A stretch of DNA of 64,000 nt from Octopus vulgaris (GCA_951406725.2 OX597818.1:106888001-106952000); one strand, 5' to 3'; positions 13,000-26,274 are shown, counted from the stretch's first letter. The notes: generated by a model from the sequence alone, not told the origin. Made by a program: numbers and translations.

Positions 13000-13175
13000 T
13001 TCAAATTACTGACTCAAGGTCAGTAATTTGAGGGGAGGGGACAGGGAGTTTACATCAACTCCAGTATTTGACTGGTTCTCTATTTTATTGATCCTGAAAG
13101 TTGAGCCTGTGGGGTTTTGAACTCAGAACCTAAAGACATGGAAGAAATATCACAAGGAATTTTGTTTGACGCACC
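13000..13175 (-). mobile_element. Degenerate SINE family B copy
   Basis: TATTTGACTGGT...TTTTATTGATCCTGAAAG...TTTGAACTCAGAA resembles the 19410-19649 and 44085-44282 copies. Confidence 0.55.
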
Positions 13176-13629
13176 AACTTCTCCAATCTGAAACTTTCCA
13201 TCATTGATCTTTAAGTTGTGATTTTTGACTCATATTGTATTTCTAAGAATGGACAACTTTAGGCGATGGAGCTGTTAATTAAATTGATTGATATTATCTT
13301 AATTTTAAATCAAAACTAACTCTAGGTTTGATTTGAACTCAAAACCTAAAAAGAGCTACCAAAATATTGACATCATTGCCATCATCTTCATCATCCTCAT
13401 TGTCATCATCATCATCATCATCATCATCATCAACATCCTTTTCCTTTTAGCTTCAATTCATCTTTCCTCTTTTACTTCCTTTTCCCTCTTTCTCACTTTA
13501 ATGTCTCTACACCTTTCCTTCCTTTTCTTATTCATCTAAAACTTATTATCTCTTTACTTTTGTCTTTGCCCAGTTTTGTTTACCTTTGTTTTTATTTGTT
13601 TGCTAGTTTTTTTCTGATTATTTCTTGTT

Positions 13630-13842
13630 TAAGTCATTGGAGTGCTGCCATGCTGGAGCACTGCCTTCAAGAAATTTAAGTCAAATGGCGTGATCTCCAC
13701 CCAGCACTTATCAATTCTTTTTAAAGCCTGATACTTATTCTATTGATTGCAGGGATGTAAACACACCATCACTGGTTGTCAATTGGTGGTGGGGGACAAA
13801 CACAGATACAAAGACAGACAGACACACACACACACACACACA
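13630..13842 (-). mobile_element. SINE family A, 3' half
   Basis: GCCATGCTGGAGCACTGCC...GGGATGTAAACACACC...GGGGGACAAACACAGA(CA)n. Confidence 0.75.
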
Positions 13843-14169
13843 GTCGCCATATTCCTTTCCTTATTAGCTAATTCTGATGAGTGTAAAGTTATATAATCAG
13901 ATTGTTGCCAAACACTCCATTGAATTCTTTAGGCAAAACAAATTGGTAAAACCAACTGTGATGGATATCTAATACTATAGATTTTGGATAACATTTATAT
14001 CTATAATATAAATGTAACAGAAGCACAATTAAAGGTTACAAACCTCATCAAGGGATAGCAAAATCCTATGAAAGCACTGGTTAGTTACCTATACAAAGAG
14101 TATTGAACATTCTATTTAATACTCAACTGCAAGGTAACTATAGAAACTCTGGTTTATATATATATTATT

Positions 14170-14659
14170 TATTATAATAGTAAGATGAGAGAATGGAAAG
14201 GTAATTAATAAATTATTATTTATTAATTAAAAAAATTGACAAACATCTCTTACAGCTGTTTCAATTCAGGCTCTCAGAAAACGAATTAATTAAACAAAAA
14301 TTATTTGAAAGTCAAATCCTTTCAGAGGTAGATAAAGGTATAAAGGTACATGAGCTTTATTATACTTAACACTCCAGATGAAGATATTATTTTACAACTC
14401 CATTATACACAGCCTTACTCCCCTGCTAAGGGCTTTACCATTTGTATACTATGCTCTTGATGTATAAATTTTTATTAGTTAACAGTTTGCAATATGAGGA
14501 AATTGATCTCCTACTTTGTCTACCTCTGAAGAGATTTGACCTTCAAATAATTCTTAATTTTCTGAGAACTTGAATTGAAACAGCTGTAAAGGATGTTTGT
14601 CAATTTTTTAATTAATAAATTAATAATTCATTAATTACCTTTCTATTCTCTCATCTTAT

Positions 14660-14666
<7 letters not shown>
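14170..14666. mobile_element. Fold-back element with ~160-170-bp inverted arms containing a hammerhead-like motif, set in (TA)n
   Basis: 14170-14340 is the imperfect reverse complement of 14512-14666; CTGAAGA at 14526 and GAAACAGCTGTA at 14577. Confidence 0.85.
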
Positions 14667-14714
<48 letters not shown>

Positions 14715-15019
14715 TGTATGTATGTATGTATGCCTGACATTTTGCCACCATCTCTATCCTGCAGTCTCCCACTCTTTCTTTCCTTCTCCTGCACTTCTTT
14801 CAGGTAGAGTAACCATGTGCTTCCTTTGCGGTAGTGCAACTGTTTCTGCCTTCATTCCTGATCTCTGTCTCTGTGTCTCTCCCCCCCTCTCTCTCTCTCT
14901 CTCCGGCTGGGTAACCTTGTACCTCCTCTACAGCAAGACACCTGTTTCTCTCTCTCTGTCTCACTATAACCTTTAATCATCCAACACAAGATCACCTCCT
15001 TCCCTCTTGAAAGTTTCTT

Positions 15020-15345
15020 TTTTTTGTCTTGCAAGTACTTGGTTACCCTGTCAGTGCAGGTGCCACTTAAAAAAGCACCCAGTCCACACTGTAAAGTGGT
15101 TGGTGTTTGGAAGGGCATTCAGCTGTAAAAAAATGTCAAAACTGACCTCGCCTGTGCTGGTGCGATGTAAAAAGCACTAAGTCCACTCTGCTGAGTGGTT
15201 GGTGTTAGGAAGAGCATCCAGTGTAAATATCCTGCCAAAACAGTCACAGAAGTCAGGTGCAGGCCTCTGACTGGTTTGCGCTTGTAAAATTGTCCCACCC
15301 ATGCTAGCATGGAAGGTGGACCTTAATTTACGATGACAACAATGA
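15020..15345 (+). mobile_element. RTE 3'-UTR-type repeat (family D) with internal tandem units
   Basis: Two AAAAAGCAC..AGTCCAC.CTG...AGTGGTTGGTGTT.GGAAG units, then CCACCCATGCTAGCATGGAA and a (GAT) tail. Confidence 0.78.
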
Positions 15346-15372
15346 TGATATATATATATAAATACATGTACA

Positions 15373-15407
<35 letters not shown>

Positions 15408-15408
<1 letters not shown>

Positions 15409-15542
15409 CAACTGGTTTCTTTCAGTTTCTATCAACCAAATCCACTCCGAAGACTTTAGCCGGCCTGTGTCAAATGCAGTGGGACTGAACCCATAACCAT
15501 GTGGTTGACAAGCAAACTTCTTACCACACAGCCACACCTGCA
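15408..15542 (-). mobile_element. SINE family A, 5' half
   Basis: TTCTTTCAGTTTC...GCAGTGGGACTGAACCC...CTTACCACACAGCCACACCTGC. Confidence 0.8.
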
Positions 15543-15570
15543 CCAACATAGTTTTATTTATCTATTTAGA

Positions 15571-15673
15571 TTTCTTCTTCTTCTTCTTCTTCTTCTTCTT
15601 CTTCTTCTTCTTCTTCTTCTTCTTCTTCTTCTTCTTCTTCTTCTTCTTCTTCTTCTTCTTGCTGCTGCTGCTG
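15571..15673. repeat. (CTT)n followed by (GCT)n
   Basis: Direct reading. Confidence 0.97.
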
Positions 15674-16439
15674 TGTTTGTTACACAAAATGGTTCAAATT
15701 AGATTTTAATTAACTGCCAAACTTCCAAAATTTTTAAAATAATTGATAAAAGCAAAATATAATTTAATTACAATATTTTGTTTAATCATATTGATGATGA
15801 GGAGGAGAAGGATGAGAAAGAGGCAGAAGAAAAGGAAAGAAGCTATGGAGAAAGTAAGGATGATGGTGATGATGACGATGATGGTAATGATGATAATGAT
15901 GATGATTAAGAAGAGAAGGAGGAGGCTGAGGAGGAGGATGATGGGTTGATGTGGAGGATAATGTTGACAACAACAATAACAAGCGTTATGATGACGTTGG
16001 TGATGAGGATGATGGCAATGCTCTGGTTGGTGATGATGATGATGATGATGAGGCTTGATACTCTTGATGCAAAGTGCTTGAAATATTCAGAGCAACCTGG
16101 AATAAATCCTTATAGACTTGAGATGACCAAGTGAATATCGACAACATAGGCATTACAAGGATGGGCAGAAATGTTCAGAGGTTAACTATGAAGCTGGGAA
16201 ATCTTGCATACATTAATTTCAACCCTTCTTATTAATAACACCTTTGTTTCTTTCTAGGTGAATTGACACCTGACTGTTCAAAGAGGACTTCAAACATAAC
16301 TAGTAGTGGCTTCTTTTGAAAATGGATAAAATTGTGCTATTATCAAGTATGTGGTGAGAATGAATACAGCAAATGAATAACCCAGATTGAAATAAAAAAA
16401 TGAATGTGTATGTAACGAGAGGAAGAGATAAACAGGTAC

Positions 16440-16472
16440 ATGTGTGCGTGTGTACATATATATATATATATC

Positions 16473-16507
<35 letters not shown>

Positions 16508-16529
16508 GTGTGTGTGTGTGTATATGTGG

Positions 16530-16573
<44 letters not shown>

Positions 16574-16584
16574 TTGTATATGTG

Positions 16585-16665
<81 letters not shown>

Positions 16666-16743
16666 TCCTGAGTGTTAAACTAATATACTTACTTGTCGTT
16701 CCTACGCTTGTCTTCATCTTTTGTTTCCTGTAAATTTGAACCA

Positions 16744-16779
<36 letters not shown>

Positions 16780-16850
16780 TGTATGTATGTATGTATATGT
16801 ATAATATGTATATATATATAATATGTAGATATATATATATATAATATATA
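16440..16850. repeat. (TA)n/(TG)n/(TATG)n compound microsatellite with an embedded ~80-bp pLTR-like tail at 16665-16742
   Basis: Direct reading; TTCCTGAGTGT...TAATA resembles minus strand 7780-7830. Confidence 0.85.
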
Positions 16851-17108
16851 TACTAAGCAATAAAGGGTTCAGCAACGAATTGCCTTACCACACACCGAAT
16901 TTAGAAATAGCAGTCAAAGAGTTATAGCTATTTCTTCTACTGCTATTTCTAAATTCGGTGTGTGGTAAGGCAATTCGTTGCTGAACCCTTTATTGCTTAG
17001 TATTACTTAAATTTTCCTCGAATGAGGCTTTTGCATGCCAAAGACTACTTGGTGTAATTGATAATTATTCCAAATTAATTAATTTCACCCTTCATTATTA
17101 TTTATAAT
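16850..17108. mobile_element. Hairpin element: perfect 65-bp inverted arms, 24-nt loop, ~100-bp unpaired tail, in (TA)n
   Basis: 16850-16914 is the exact reverse complement of 16939-17003. Confidence 0.9.
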
Positions 17109-17474
17109 ATATATATGTATATACATACATACACGCACATATATACATACACAAACATACATATATGCATATACCTACACAGCATTGAAGCATAAATGTA
17201 TAAGTGGATTAAGTAGATTAAAAAGGTAGTAGATTATCAGCTTCCCTTATCCAACATTGAGATCTATTACAGATGGTTTTGGTGGGTTTCTGGGCTTGGA
17301 ATTTACTTCAACATTCTTCAAATTCTCCTAACAATTGTAAACAGACACTGAAACATCTGAACATATTTTCAGTTTTGTTTTTATTTGAAGCCAGCAATAG
17401 AAAACCATTTTAAAGTACACTGTCTTTTTTTTTCCTTTAAGATCACCTTAAATCTCTAAACTATACGTATTTGT

Positions 17475-17931
17475 ATATGTTTTCATTTTTGTATTTGGTT
17501 TGCCAGATTCTTGATGTGAATTCGTGTATTGAAACAAATCTTGATGTATCTTATGAAGGTCATTTACACCAATGATAATAACACAAGCACTGGTTCGATA
17601 TCACTTCCTTATTGTTAGTCAATTGGCTAAATATCAAACCAACTAATTAATCGATTGCTTGTTTAATCTGCTGGTTGAACAATCACTCATTTGTTTGTGA
17701 GTCAAAGCTCTTTTGTCCGACTCAGGGCAGACCTTGAAGAGAGAAAAGGAAAGCCACTGAGAAGGACTTTGACTCACAAACAACTGATTGATTGTTTAAC
17801 CAGCACATTAAATAACGATTGATTAATTAGTTGGTTAGATGTTTAACCAATTGACTGACAATAAAGAAGTGATATTGAACCAGTGCATGTGTTATTATTA
17901 TTGGTGTGATGACCCTCCCAAGACACACCAA
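17475..17931. mobile_element. Fold-back element, arms 17541-17707 and 17767-17931, with one-sided extension
   Basis: Arms are imperfect reverse complements; extension ATTTGGTTTG..AGATTCTT.ATGTGA.TTC.TGT.TTGAA is shared with 50815 and (minus) 56420-56460. Confidence 0.85.
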
Positions 17932-19409
17932 TGTAATCGCTTATAATCGATCCCCAAATAAGTCGATGGTAACCTGTGAGCTACTCATGAGATCACAATG
18001 CAACTCAGTTTATTGGAAACAGCAATCAAATCTCTCAGATTACACTTTGCTATCTGTAAAAGGTAAGATTATGCCATGCCAGCCATGAATGGGTCCTTCT
18101 GAAAATGGAAGAACGCTTCAGTTTACACAAGATACGTTTGGAGGCTGCAGCAAGCATCAATGTAACGTTTCCAGACAGTTTGACACATCCATAACACACA
18201 AGAGCACAATTAAAATGCTATCCTAAAACTATTTGAGCTTCTACACATTTCCAGATAAAGATTACAAAAAAGAACCAAACAAAAACATCAGTAGACCAAG
18301 AATTTTGTTTGTCTTGAATCAAGTGAACCAATATAAAATTGTTTGATTTGCTAAAACCAAAAGTCAAATCTCAGTTTTTAGCCTATCATCCTTAAAAATA
18401 CATGAATATATGAGAAAAATAACACTGAATATAACAGAAGACAGGACAGTTGCGACTTCAAGACTTTTCAGCACAGAGAAACAGTTTTATTTTCTCCCCC
18501 CCCCCCCAAAAAAAAACACCACCATGACAAGGTGTATGCCATGAGAAAGGATAGCTTGTCTGTCAAATGTGAAGGTGGTTTAGTAACTGCTAATAAATAT
18601 GTAAGTGAATAAATAAATAAAAAGATAAAGAAGGAAAGAAAGAAAGTACACAGAAAATGCTTAATGTTATCATGTTGGTAGATTGGTGATTGAGGAAGAC
18701 TCTGACTGATTATGCAGCATTTCAACAAAGAACGGTCATGTCTTGTGAAGGAGGACAGAAAACAGAACCTGATCCTGCTTGTACAATACCTTCTCTCTGC
18801 CTAAAAGTATGCAGGCAGCAGAATATACTAATGTGCAGAATACACCAGCCATTACAACAAGACTATTTGACTCTTAATTGATCGTGTGTGTGTGTGCAAC
18901 ACAATGTTACTTGCTCAACACAGATATGCTAGATTAGCAAAAAGTTTCTTTATTGTAAGCACCAAATGCACATCAGATCTACCTTCTTGTTCTCACACAG
19001 TGTGGCCAGTGGCAAAATAATGTCAAGACAACTGAGTCTGTATAAGAACGTGGGAGATTACTAAAGTGTCTGAAAGAATCTGCATACCTTGCAATACTAA
19101 CTTGGTGTGTGCCCAGGCCATGAAGAGATATTTACACTGCAACATAAATCGTAGTTCAACATAACAATATGTCGGCCCTTGTGCCAGTTACCTCCATTGA
19201 CCTGCTACTGCCGACTTCGAAACTGTGGAGATGAAGGATTAATTATTTCTACCATGTTTCCCTTGAATGAAATGGAAACGTACCACTAAACATCCCTACT
19301 TATATTTAATGTACATTCATGTCCATATATGGATGACCATTGATTTCCCTGAGTTCAACTGTCATTTGACAAATTCTGTTTTTCATTCAGCATGGTGTCC
19401 AAAATTTAC

Positions 19410-19649
19410 CTATTTCTTTACTACCCACAAGGGGCTAAACACAGAGGGGACAAACAAGGACAGACAGACGGATTAAGTCGATTATATCGACCCCAGTGCA
19501 TAACTGGTACTTATTTAATTGACCCCGAAAGGATGAAAGGCAAAGTCGATCTCAGCGGAATTTGAACTGAGAATGTAGCGGCAGACGAAATACCGCTAAG
19601 CATTTCGCCCAACATGCTAACGATTCTGCCAGCTCGCCGCCTTTTTTCT
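19410..19649 (-). mobile_element. SINE family B, full length, with TSD
   Basis: Minus: GGCGGCGAGCTGGCAGAATCGTTAG...GTTCAAATTCCGC...AGTAAAGAAATAG; TSD AAAATTTAC at 19401-19409 and 19650-19658. Confidence 0.9.
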
Positions 19650-21332
19650 AAAATTTACTCTGACCCTAACCAAGCTGGTTCGGTGGTGCTGCCGGTTCTA
19701 TACTACAGGCTGCGCTGCATTAGATGTCACCAGTTGTGTTTTCAAGTGAACTCACTGTAGAAACAGATACATAACAATTGTTGTGCTTCACCTGAATTTA
19801 CCTTACTTGTCTCTGATTTGGCAATTAATTAAATATACCGGAATTGATTGAACAGTAGAGAGAGTGCAACATACCTAAGCTGCAACAATGCACTCCACGC
19901 AATAAATCACTGCATGTTAGAAGCCTGGGAATATATTTAACAAGGCAGAGACCTGTTATCTCTATGCTGGAGTACTAGACTTGTCAATTGCTCATAGTTA
20001 TTTGACTATTTAGGGGCTATGGGTGTCTGTCTTCTCCAGTGAAAATGTAAATAATTAATTAACATTTCTAAATTTTCAATGATGATCTGTGGAGTCCCAA
20101 AGCTTGTTGGTTCACAGGAAAACAAGAATATCATATGACACGTTAATTTGGTAGAAACCTATTTGTCTTAAATAATTGAAGATAGAGATGAAGCTGAAAT
20201 TATTTCTGTAAACGAATGAATCTCCTGCCTATTATTCCGCTGTAATGTGTCTATTCACAGACAGGTTAACCATCTGAAAGTTAAATGCCATACAATTGAT
20301 GGAATAGGAACGGTTAAATTTTGTCTTAATAATCACACATTTTATCAAATCAACCATGTAAATCTTTTTATGAGGATGACTAACACAGTCCTATGAAAAT
20401 GTTAGCAATGTAATATATAACGAGTAAACTTAACGAAGCACTCATTTAATTACATTTGATTACAGGTAGAATAATATACTATGTAATGAGGATAATTATA
20501 ATTATAACTTAACCATCGATTGTAAAACTATAATTTTAATTAATCTTGACAACTCAGAAAGTTCTTAATCAGAGAGGAGACTGTGTCTTGTTAATCCAAT
20601 TGCTCATTGCTAAACCAATGAGATTATGGATTGACAATCTGGTTGTTGCTGTTAGAACTGTAAATCTAATCACCGATAAACTTGTCATTGGTACAGTTAC
20701 ATGATTTAATCGTAATTATCAAATCTCCAATGCCAGATACCCATCATTGCCTGACCAAACAGATGGCCAGTGGTGAAGCAGTAATTTTACAAATAGACCA
20801 CAGCTCTAAATGTGTAAAGATAGATTAGATGAAAGTGTGGACAGTTATTTGTGACTTAATAAATGTAGGGAGGAACAAGATAAAAGTTTAATTACTGGTG
20901 CTATATTTGGATTAGTTTCAATGGCATCAATCACTAATAATTAAATTGGCTACTAGTCTAACTATAAACTACCAATATGCTCACTAATTAGACAGTGCCA
21001 TGACATCAGAAACGAGGACAACATAAGCCTGTCATTGTGAAATAACTAGAAAGGAAAAAGCAAACAAAGCAGTCAAAGCGATGGTGTTTATAGAAGAATG
21101 AGTTTTAAGGATTTATGCCAGGATGAACAAACCTAGAACAAGAGGTTTTCATTTCCTCTGCTCGTAAGATGTGAGTGAAATTTCCATGTAGCTTCTTCCT
21201 TCTGGTCCTAGGTAGATCACATTATTTCGCATGGTTTCAATTTGCTATAAAAAATCAGGTCGTCTTTGAATGTTCCTTGGCATTTTATCTGAGGCAAAAT
21301 TTGTTTCTTCTGTACTTCACCTTTTATACCCA

Positions 21333-21485
21333 GGCACAGGTGTGATTGAGGGGTAAGCTGCTTGCCTCCCAACCACACGACTCCAGGTTCAGTCCCACTT
21401 CCTGACGCATTGTGTAAGTGTCTCCTATTATAGCCTCAAATCAACCAAAGCCTTGTCAGTGGATTTGGAAACTGAGAGAATCCTG

Positions 21486-21524
<39 letters not shown>

Positions 21525-21720
21525 TCCCTAGCACCACTTCACAACTGGTGTTGGTTTGTTTATATCAAACATGACTTAGTGGTTTTGCAAAGGAGACCAA
21601 TAGAATAAGTATCAGGCTTGAAAGAATGCAAGTCCTGGGGCCGATTCATTCAACTTAAACCCTTCAAACCAGTGCCCCAGTATGGCCACAGTCAAGTAAA
21701 TGAAACAAGTAATAGGTACA
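21333..21720 (+). mobile_element. SINE family A
   Basis: Same diagnostic blocks as 5575-6010. Confidence 0.85.
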
Positions 21721-21894
21721 AAAAAAAAGGTAAAAAACAAACACAAAAGGGTAAAGCTGATTGTAATTGTTGAGGACCTCGTTTCAAATAAAAGAGATGG
21801 GTTTCAGTAGGAATGAGGATTCGTCTCTTAAAAAATGCCTCATGTTGTCACCATTGTTGAAATATTGAGATTCTGTTAGAAAACCGTTTGTTTA

Positions 21895-22306
21895 GAAAGA
21901 AGATTGCTTCTCAACCACATGGTTCCAGGTTCAATCCCACTGCATGGCACCTTGGACAAATGTCTTCTACTATAGCCTTGGGCTGATCAAAGCCTTGTGA
22001 GTGGATTTGGTAGATGGAAACTGAAAGAAGCCTGTCATGTATGTATATATATATATATATATATATATACGTATGTATGTATGTATTTGAGTGTGTGTGT
22101 CTGTGTTTGTCCTCATCGCTTGATAACTGAAGCTGGGGTGTTTATGTCCCTGTAACTTAGTGGTTCAGCAAAAAGACACTAATGAAATCAGCATCAGGCT
22201 TACAAAGAATAAGCCCTGGCATCGATTTCTTTGACTAACACCCTTTAAGATAGTGCTCCAGCATGGCCACAGTCAAATGACTGAAACAAGTAAAAGAATA
22301 AAAGAA
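21895..22306 (+). mobile_element. SINE family A
   Basis: Same diagnostic blocks; GGTTCAATCCC B box; AAAAGAATAAAAGAAT tail. Confidence 0.88.
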
Positions 22307-22789
22307 TATGCTTTAGAGAATGGAACTGAAGCATTAAAAGCCGTTCCCTGTTATTTCATTCGGGTTTAATCTGGTTATGTGCAAATAGTTGCATTGTTTA
22401 TTGGTACCACGTTTGCTGCAATGATGGCAGTTAAGAATGGGTTCAATGAATGCTATGAAGGCCCTACTCAAAAATCATAAGAATGTGTATTTGTGACATT
22501 TGCTAAAATATGAACTGAGATCAGTGAAAGAATAAACATTGCAAAACTACGAAGAATGCCAAAGAAATTAACTTTGGTCTATTGATATATGGTGGTGCCC
22601 CAGAATGGCCTTAGTCCAATGACTGAAACAAATAAATGTTAAAATATTTCTACAGTTGAGGATAAAAATTGTTAAATTCTTTTTTCTCAGATAGTTTTCA
22701 ATAAAATGTGAATAAATTTGTTTCTTACTTTTATTGTTATTTTCTGATTGATTTGCATTTTATTTCATCTCCTGGCTGAGTCTCAACCA

Positions 22790-23900
22790 AAAACCTAAGG
22801 CGCGTAAATATTAGATGAAGAGAAACTTCCTGAGAATGTGGGTGGTTGAGTCTCATAGATTGTTGCTTTTCCAGGGATCTGGTCAAACCATTTGTCAGTA
22901 CCTTCCTCGATCATTCCCAAGGCACCTACAACAACAGGGTTAGTTTTGGCTTTTAATTTCCTCACCTTAGATATCTCAGTCTCAAGGTCCTTATATTTTG
23001 ATAATTTTTCAAATTCTTTTGCTGAGACATTTCTGTCTGTAGGCCCTGTCATATCAATTAACAAGCATGTTTTTTCTCTTAGGTTTTTAATGACAGTGTC
23101 CCATCAGTTATTATGCATGTCTGTATGTATCCCACAATCCCATTGGATGGTAGAATTCTCTCCCACTGTGACTGGCTCTGAACGGTGTTCATACCATTTC
23201 TTAAGGTGTGGGATGTCATAGTGACAGCATATGCTCCAGGGCCAGCATTGGCCAACCTGATCATGCTTGGTTTTATATTCTGCAGGGGCAAGGACTGAGC
23301 AACTGGCAACAATGAGGTCAATACTCTCAAGTTTTTAATTGGAGAGTTTACACTTTGTGTCTCCCTCATTATGTATGACATTAGATTGACAGTTCCAAGT
23401 GGGGAGACTCTGATCTTGTACTGCTAGGATGAATCCTTCTGTTTTGGCTTTCAAACCAGTGCTCTGCAGCTGCTGGTGGTTACCTCTCATATCTACTTCC
23501 CAAGCTCATTTCGTGTATTGCCCATGCAATGGTTTTTCTTGCCACAGTCTTCGTATTTCCTTCAAGCTTACCTATTTGGCTTTTGTTTTACACTTTTTTG
23601 CTTTTTTGTTTTACTCTAAGTCGGTGGTGTGTCCTCCTTATCATCATCATAGCCAACGAGGTTAAGCTCTCCTCTCTATTTACAGGCCTTCTTTGAGACT
23701 GAGTGTATTCTGTTCATGTTACCTTACCTGTTGTATCATCCAATTGGTGTTACTTTGGATGTACATTTGAAGTCCTATCATGGCTGTTTTATAAGATGTT
23801 TCAAGCTGGGTCATTCTGTTTATTGTCAGCAAGTTCCTGGTCTCTATGTCAATATGTTGAATTTCACTCAGATTTCATTGATGACATAAGGCTATACTGG
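22790..23900 (-). mobile_element. Decayed R4/Dong-clade LINE (post-RT region, zinc knuckle, RLE endonuclease)
   Basis: TEGFILAVQDQSLPT; LIDMTGPTDRNVSAKEFEKLSKYKDLETEI...PVVVGALGMI; several stops and frameshifts. Confidence 0.85.
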
Positions 23901-23944
23901 ACAACTGCTACCATTAGGGAATATGTAGCTGCAATCTCACAGGT

Positions 23945-24355
23945 GCCAACTGGATTTTCCAAATGCGCCTCTGCGGGCATGGAAAACAGTACCAGGTCTT
24001 CCAGATCGTATCTAGGTAGGATATTCTGTTGGTCAGTAGATAGAAGTAGCATAGGTTGTCCACAGTTCAAAGTCATCAGCTACACAGACCACAAATTTAT
24101 GACCTACACAGTCGACGAAGATAGGATGCATAGGCAGGGCCCCGAATACTTGAAGTTGAATGCATCTTTCCCAGCACATCAAGCATTCAGAAACTGGGTT
24201 ACTAAGTTAGTCTATTGGAAATTTTCGGGTGCAATCATCAACAACCGTTGGTGGATAACCCTAAAAAGAGCTATTAGAGTAGAAGTGATAAGATTTAGTA
24301 AGGAAATAGTGTTAGAGGTATCTAGGATAGAGGGAGAACTAGTAAGGAAGCTAGT
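23945..24355 (+). mobile_element. L1/Tx1-clade LINE fragment (APE C-terminus and linker)
   Basis: SRSYLGRIF...YTDHK...GPEYLKLNAS...NNRWWITLKRAIR corresponds to the S-R-L-D-R / S-D-H / W-K-L-N / W-W-x-x-x-K pattern. Confidence 0.75.
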
Positions 24356-24824
24356 TTGGCAATGCAATCGATGGAAGTTCCACTATGGAATTCTATGTGG
24401 GATTAGTGACAAGCAAGAGCGACGATGTCCTTGGGGCAACTCTAGGCCTCGAGTGGGAGTAATTAGCAGGTCTTTTTTGGAGGACCTTTGGGCCAGGGCC
24501 CATGGATAATTTCCAGAAATCCCTGGCCTGGTAGTGCTACTGGAAAGCTCTGCTGGTTATCAGCTGAGTCCATTTCAGGCTTTGTGCCTTTAGTAGAAAG
24601 GATTATCATTATTATGAGTTTTTCTTCTTTAAATTTTGTTTCCATTTATTGCCAAGTGGCTTCTCGACACATAGGACAAAGAAGCTCATGACACTAAATA
24701 AACATACCTGATTGTTTATTTACAAAATCATATGATAGAAAAGAAGGGGTAAAAAGAAAAAAGGGGAAAATGAAAGAAAGAAAAAGGCAAAAAGAAAGAA
24801 AGAAAAATGGTAAAAAGAAAAATG

Positions 24825-25352
24825 TTCACAGAGCCAATACTCTTCTCAATATGTGTGACATAACAGTTAAAACAATCTTTTATAATTTTTGCATGGATGG
24901 TAATCCAGGGATCATTCTTAAATAATTTTCACTTCTCTTTTTGATCATTCCAACTGCTCCTACAATCACTGGTATTGTAACCAACTTAAAATGCCACATT
25001 TTTATTTTTCTGTCAGCAAATCTTTTTATTTTCTGAGCTTGTCACAATTCTTTTGTTGAAATATTATTCACAAGGAATATTCCTGTTGACCAATAAACCA
25101 GCCCTATTATTTTGGTCTTTCACAACAATGTCCAGCTTACTGGTTTTTGTGGTTCTGTCTGTATGTACTGGAAAGTCCCAAAGAATTGTGACATTTTCTC
25201 CCTCAGTTACAGCCTCTGGGTGGTGATTATATCACTTGCCGGCAGTTTTCATTTTACAATGCCAATATATTAACCAGTGAAGATATTGGTCAACTCTGTC
25301 ATGTCTTGATTTATACTCTGCTAGTGCTAAAACTTTACCTTCAGAGATTAGA
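24825..25352 (-). mobile_element. Second decayed R4/Dong-clade LINE 3' fragment
   Basis: LAEYKSRHDRVDQYLHW...VTILWDFPVHTDR...DIVVKD...IPVIVGAVGMI...SHILRRVLAL*. Confidence 0.85.
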
Positions 25353-25419
25353 TCCTCCTCCTCCTCCACGTCATCGTTGTCATCTTCATCATCATCATCA
25401 TCATCATTATCATCTTCTA

Positions 25420-25606
25420 AAGGTGGTAAACAGAATTATGTCTGTTTATACATTCTGAGTTCAAATTCCGCTGTGGTTGATGTTGCTTTTTTACTTTTCA
25501 GGGTCGATGAAATAACTACCAATTTAACCTTGAGGTTGATGTAATTAACTAGCCCCCCCCGCCACCGCCACCCCAAAATTCCAGGCCTTGTGCCTAAAAT
25601 GGAAAG
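25420..25606 (+). mobile_element. SINE family B variant
   Basis: CATTCTGAGTTCAAATTCCGC...GGGTCGATGAAATAA...GGCCTTGTGCCTAAA, followed by (ATT)n. Confidence 0.7.
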
Positions 25607-25607
25607 G

Positions 25608-25660
<53 letters not shown>

Positions 25661-25704
25661 CATTATTATTATTATCATCATCATTATCATCATCATCATT
25701 ATTA

Positions 25705-25783
<79 letters not shown>

Positions 25784-25802
25784 CATTATTGCTGTTGTTA
25801 TT
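25608..25802. repeat. (ATT)n/(ATC)n microsatellite
   Basis: Direct reading. Confidence 0.97.
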
Positions 25803-26274
25803 TTCTTATGACAAATCTCTAAAGAACATTGCTTATGGCTGACCTTCAAATAAATTGACTCTAATGAAATTATTGTCTTGTTTTTACGACCAGATTTATC
25901 TTATTAAGACAGAAGTAAAATTCCGACTTGAAATAACTGGGATCTTAAATAGTAATTGAATTATTACCTGCAGTTTCTTAATTGCTTTTCTAAGCACTCA
26001 ATTTGATATTGCTTATATCAATTAATGGACAATTAAATATTAGCATATGTTGTAATATCTATATAAAAGTATGAAAATGAAAGTAAAATCAGAGTATTAG
26101 CCAATGAGATGCAAGATAAGTATTTTGTATTTTATGATTATTAATGGCTTGTATCATTATACTTAAATTATACTTAAATCCTGCTAGCTCAGCTTCCCAG
26201 GCTGTAATTAGATACCGTAGAAGGTACTACTGAATTCTCTTGTGAAACGAACATATTGGAGTGTTTTAGGTGAA

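Noticed and set aside
23703-24509. 268-aa ORF as a host gene
   Set aside because: Made of antisense R4/Dong sequence plus a Tx1-like fragment; no host-protein features.
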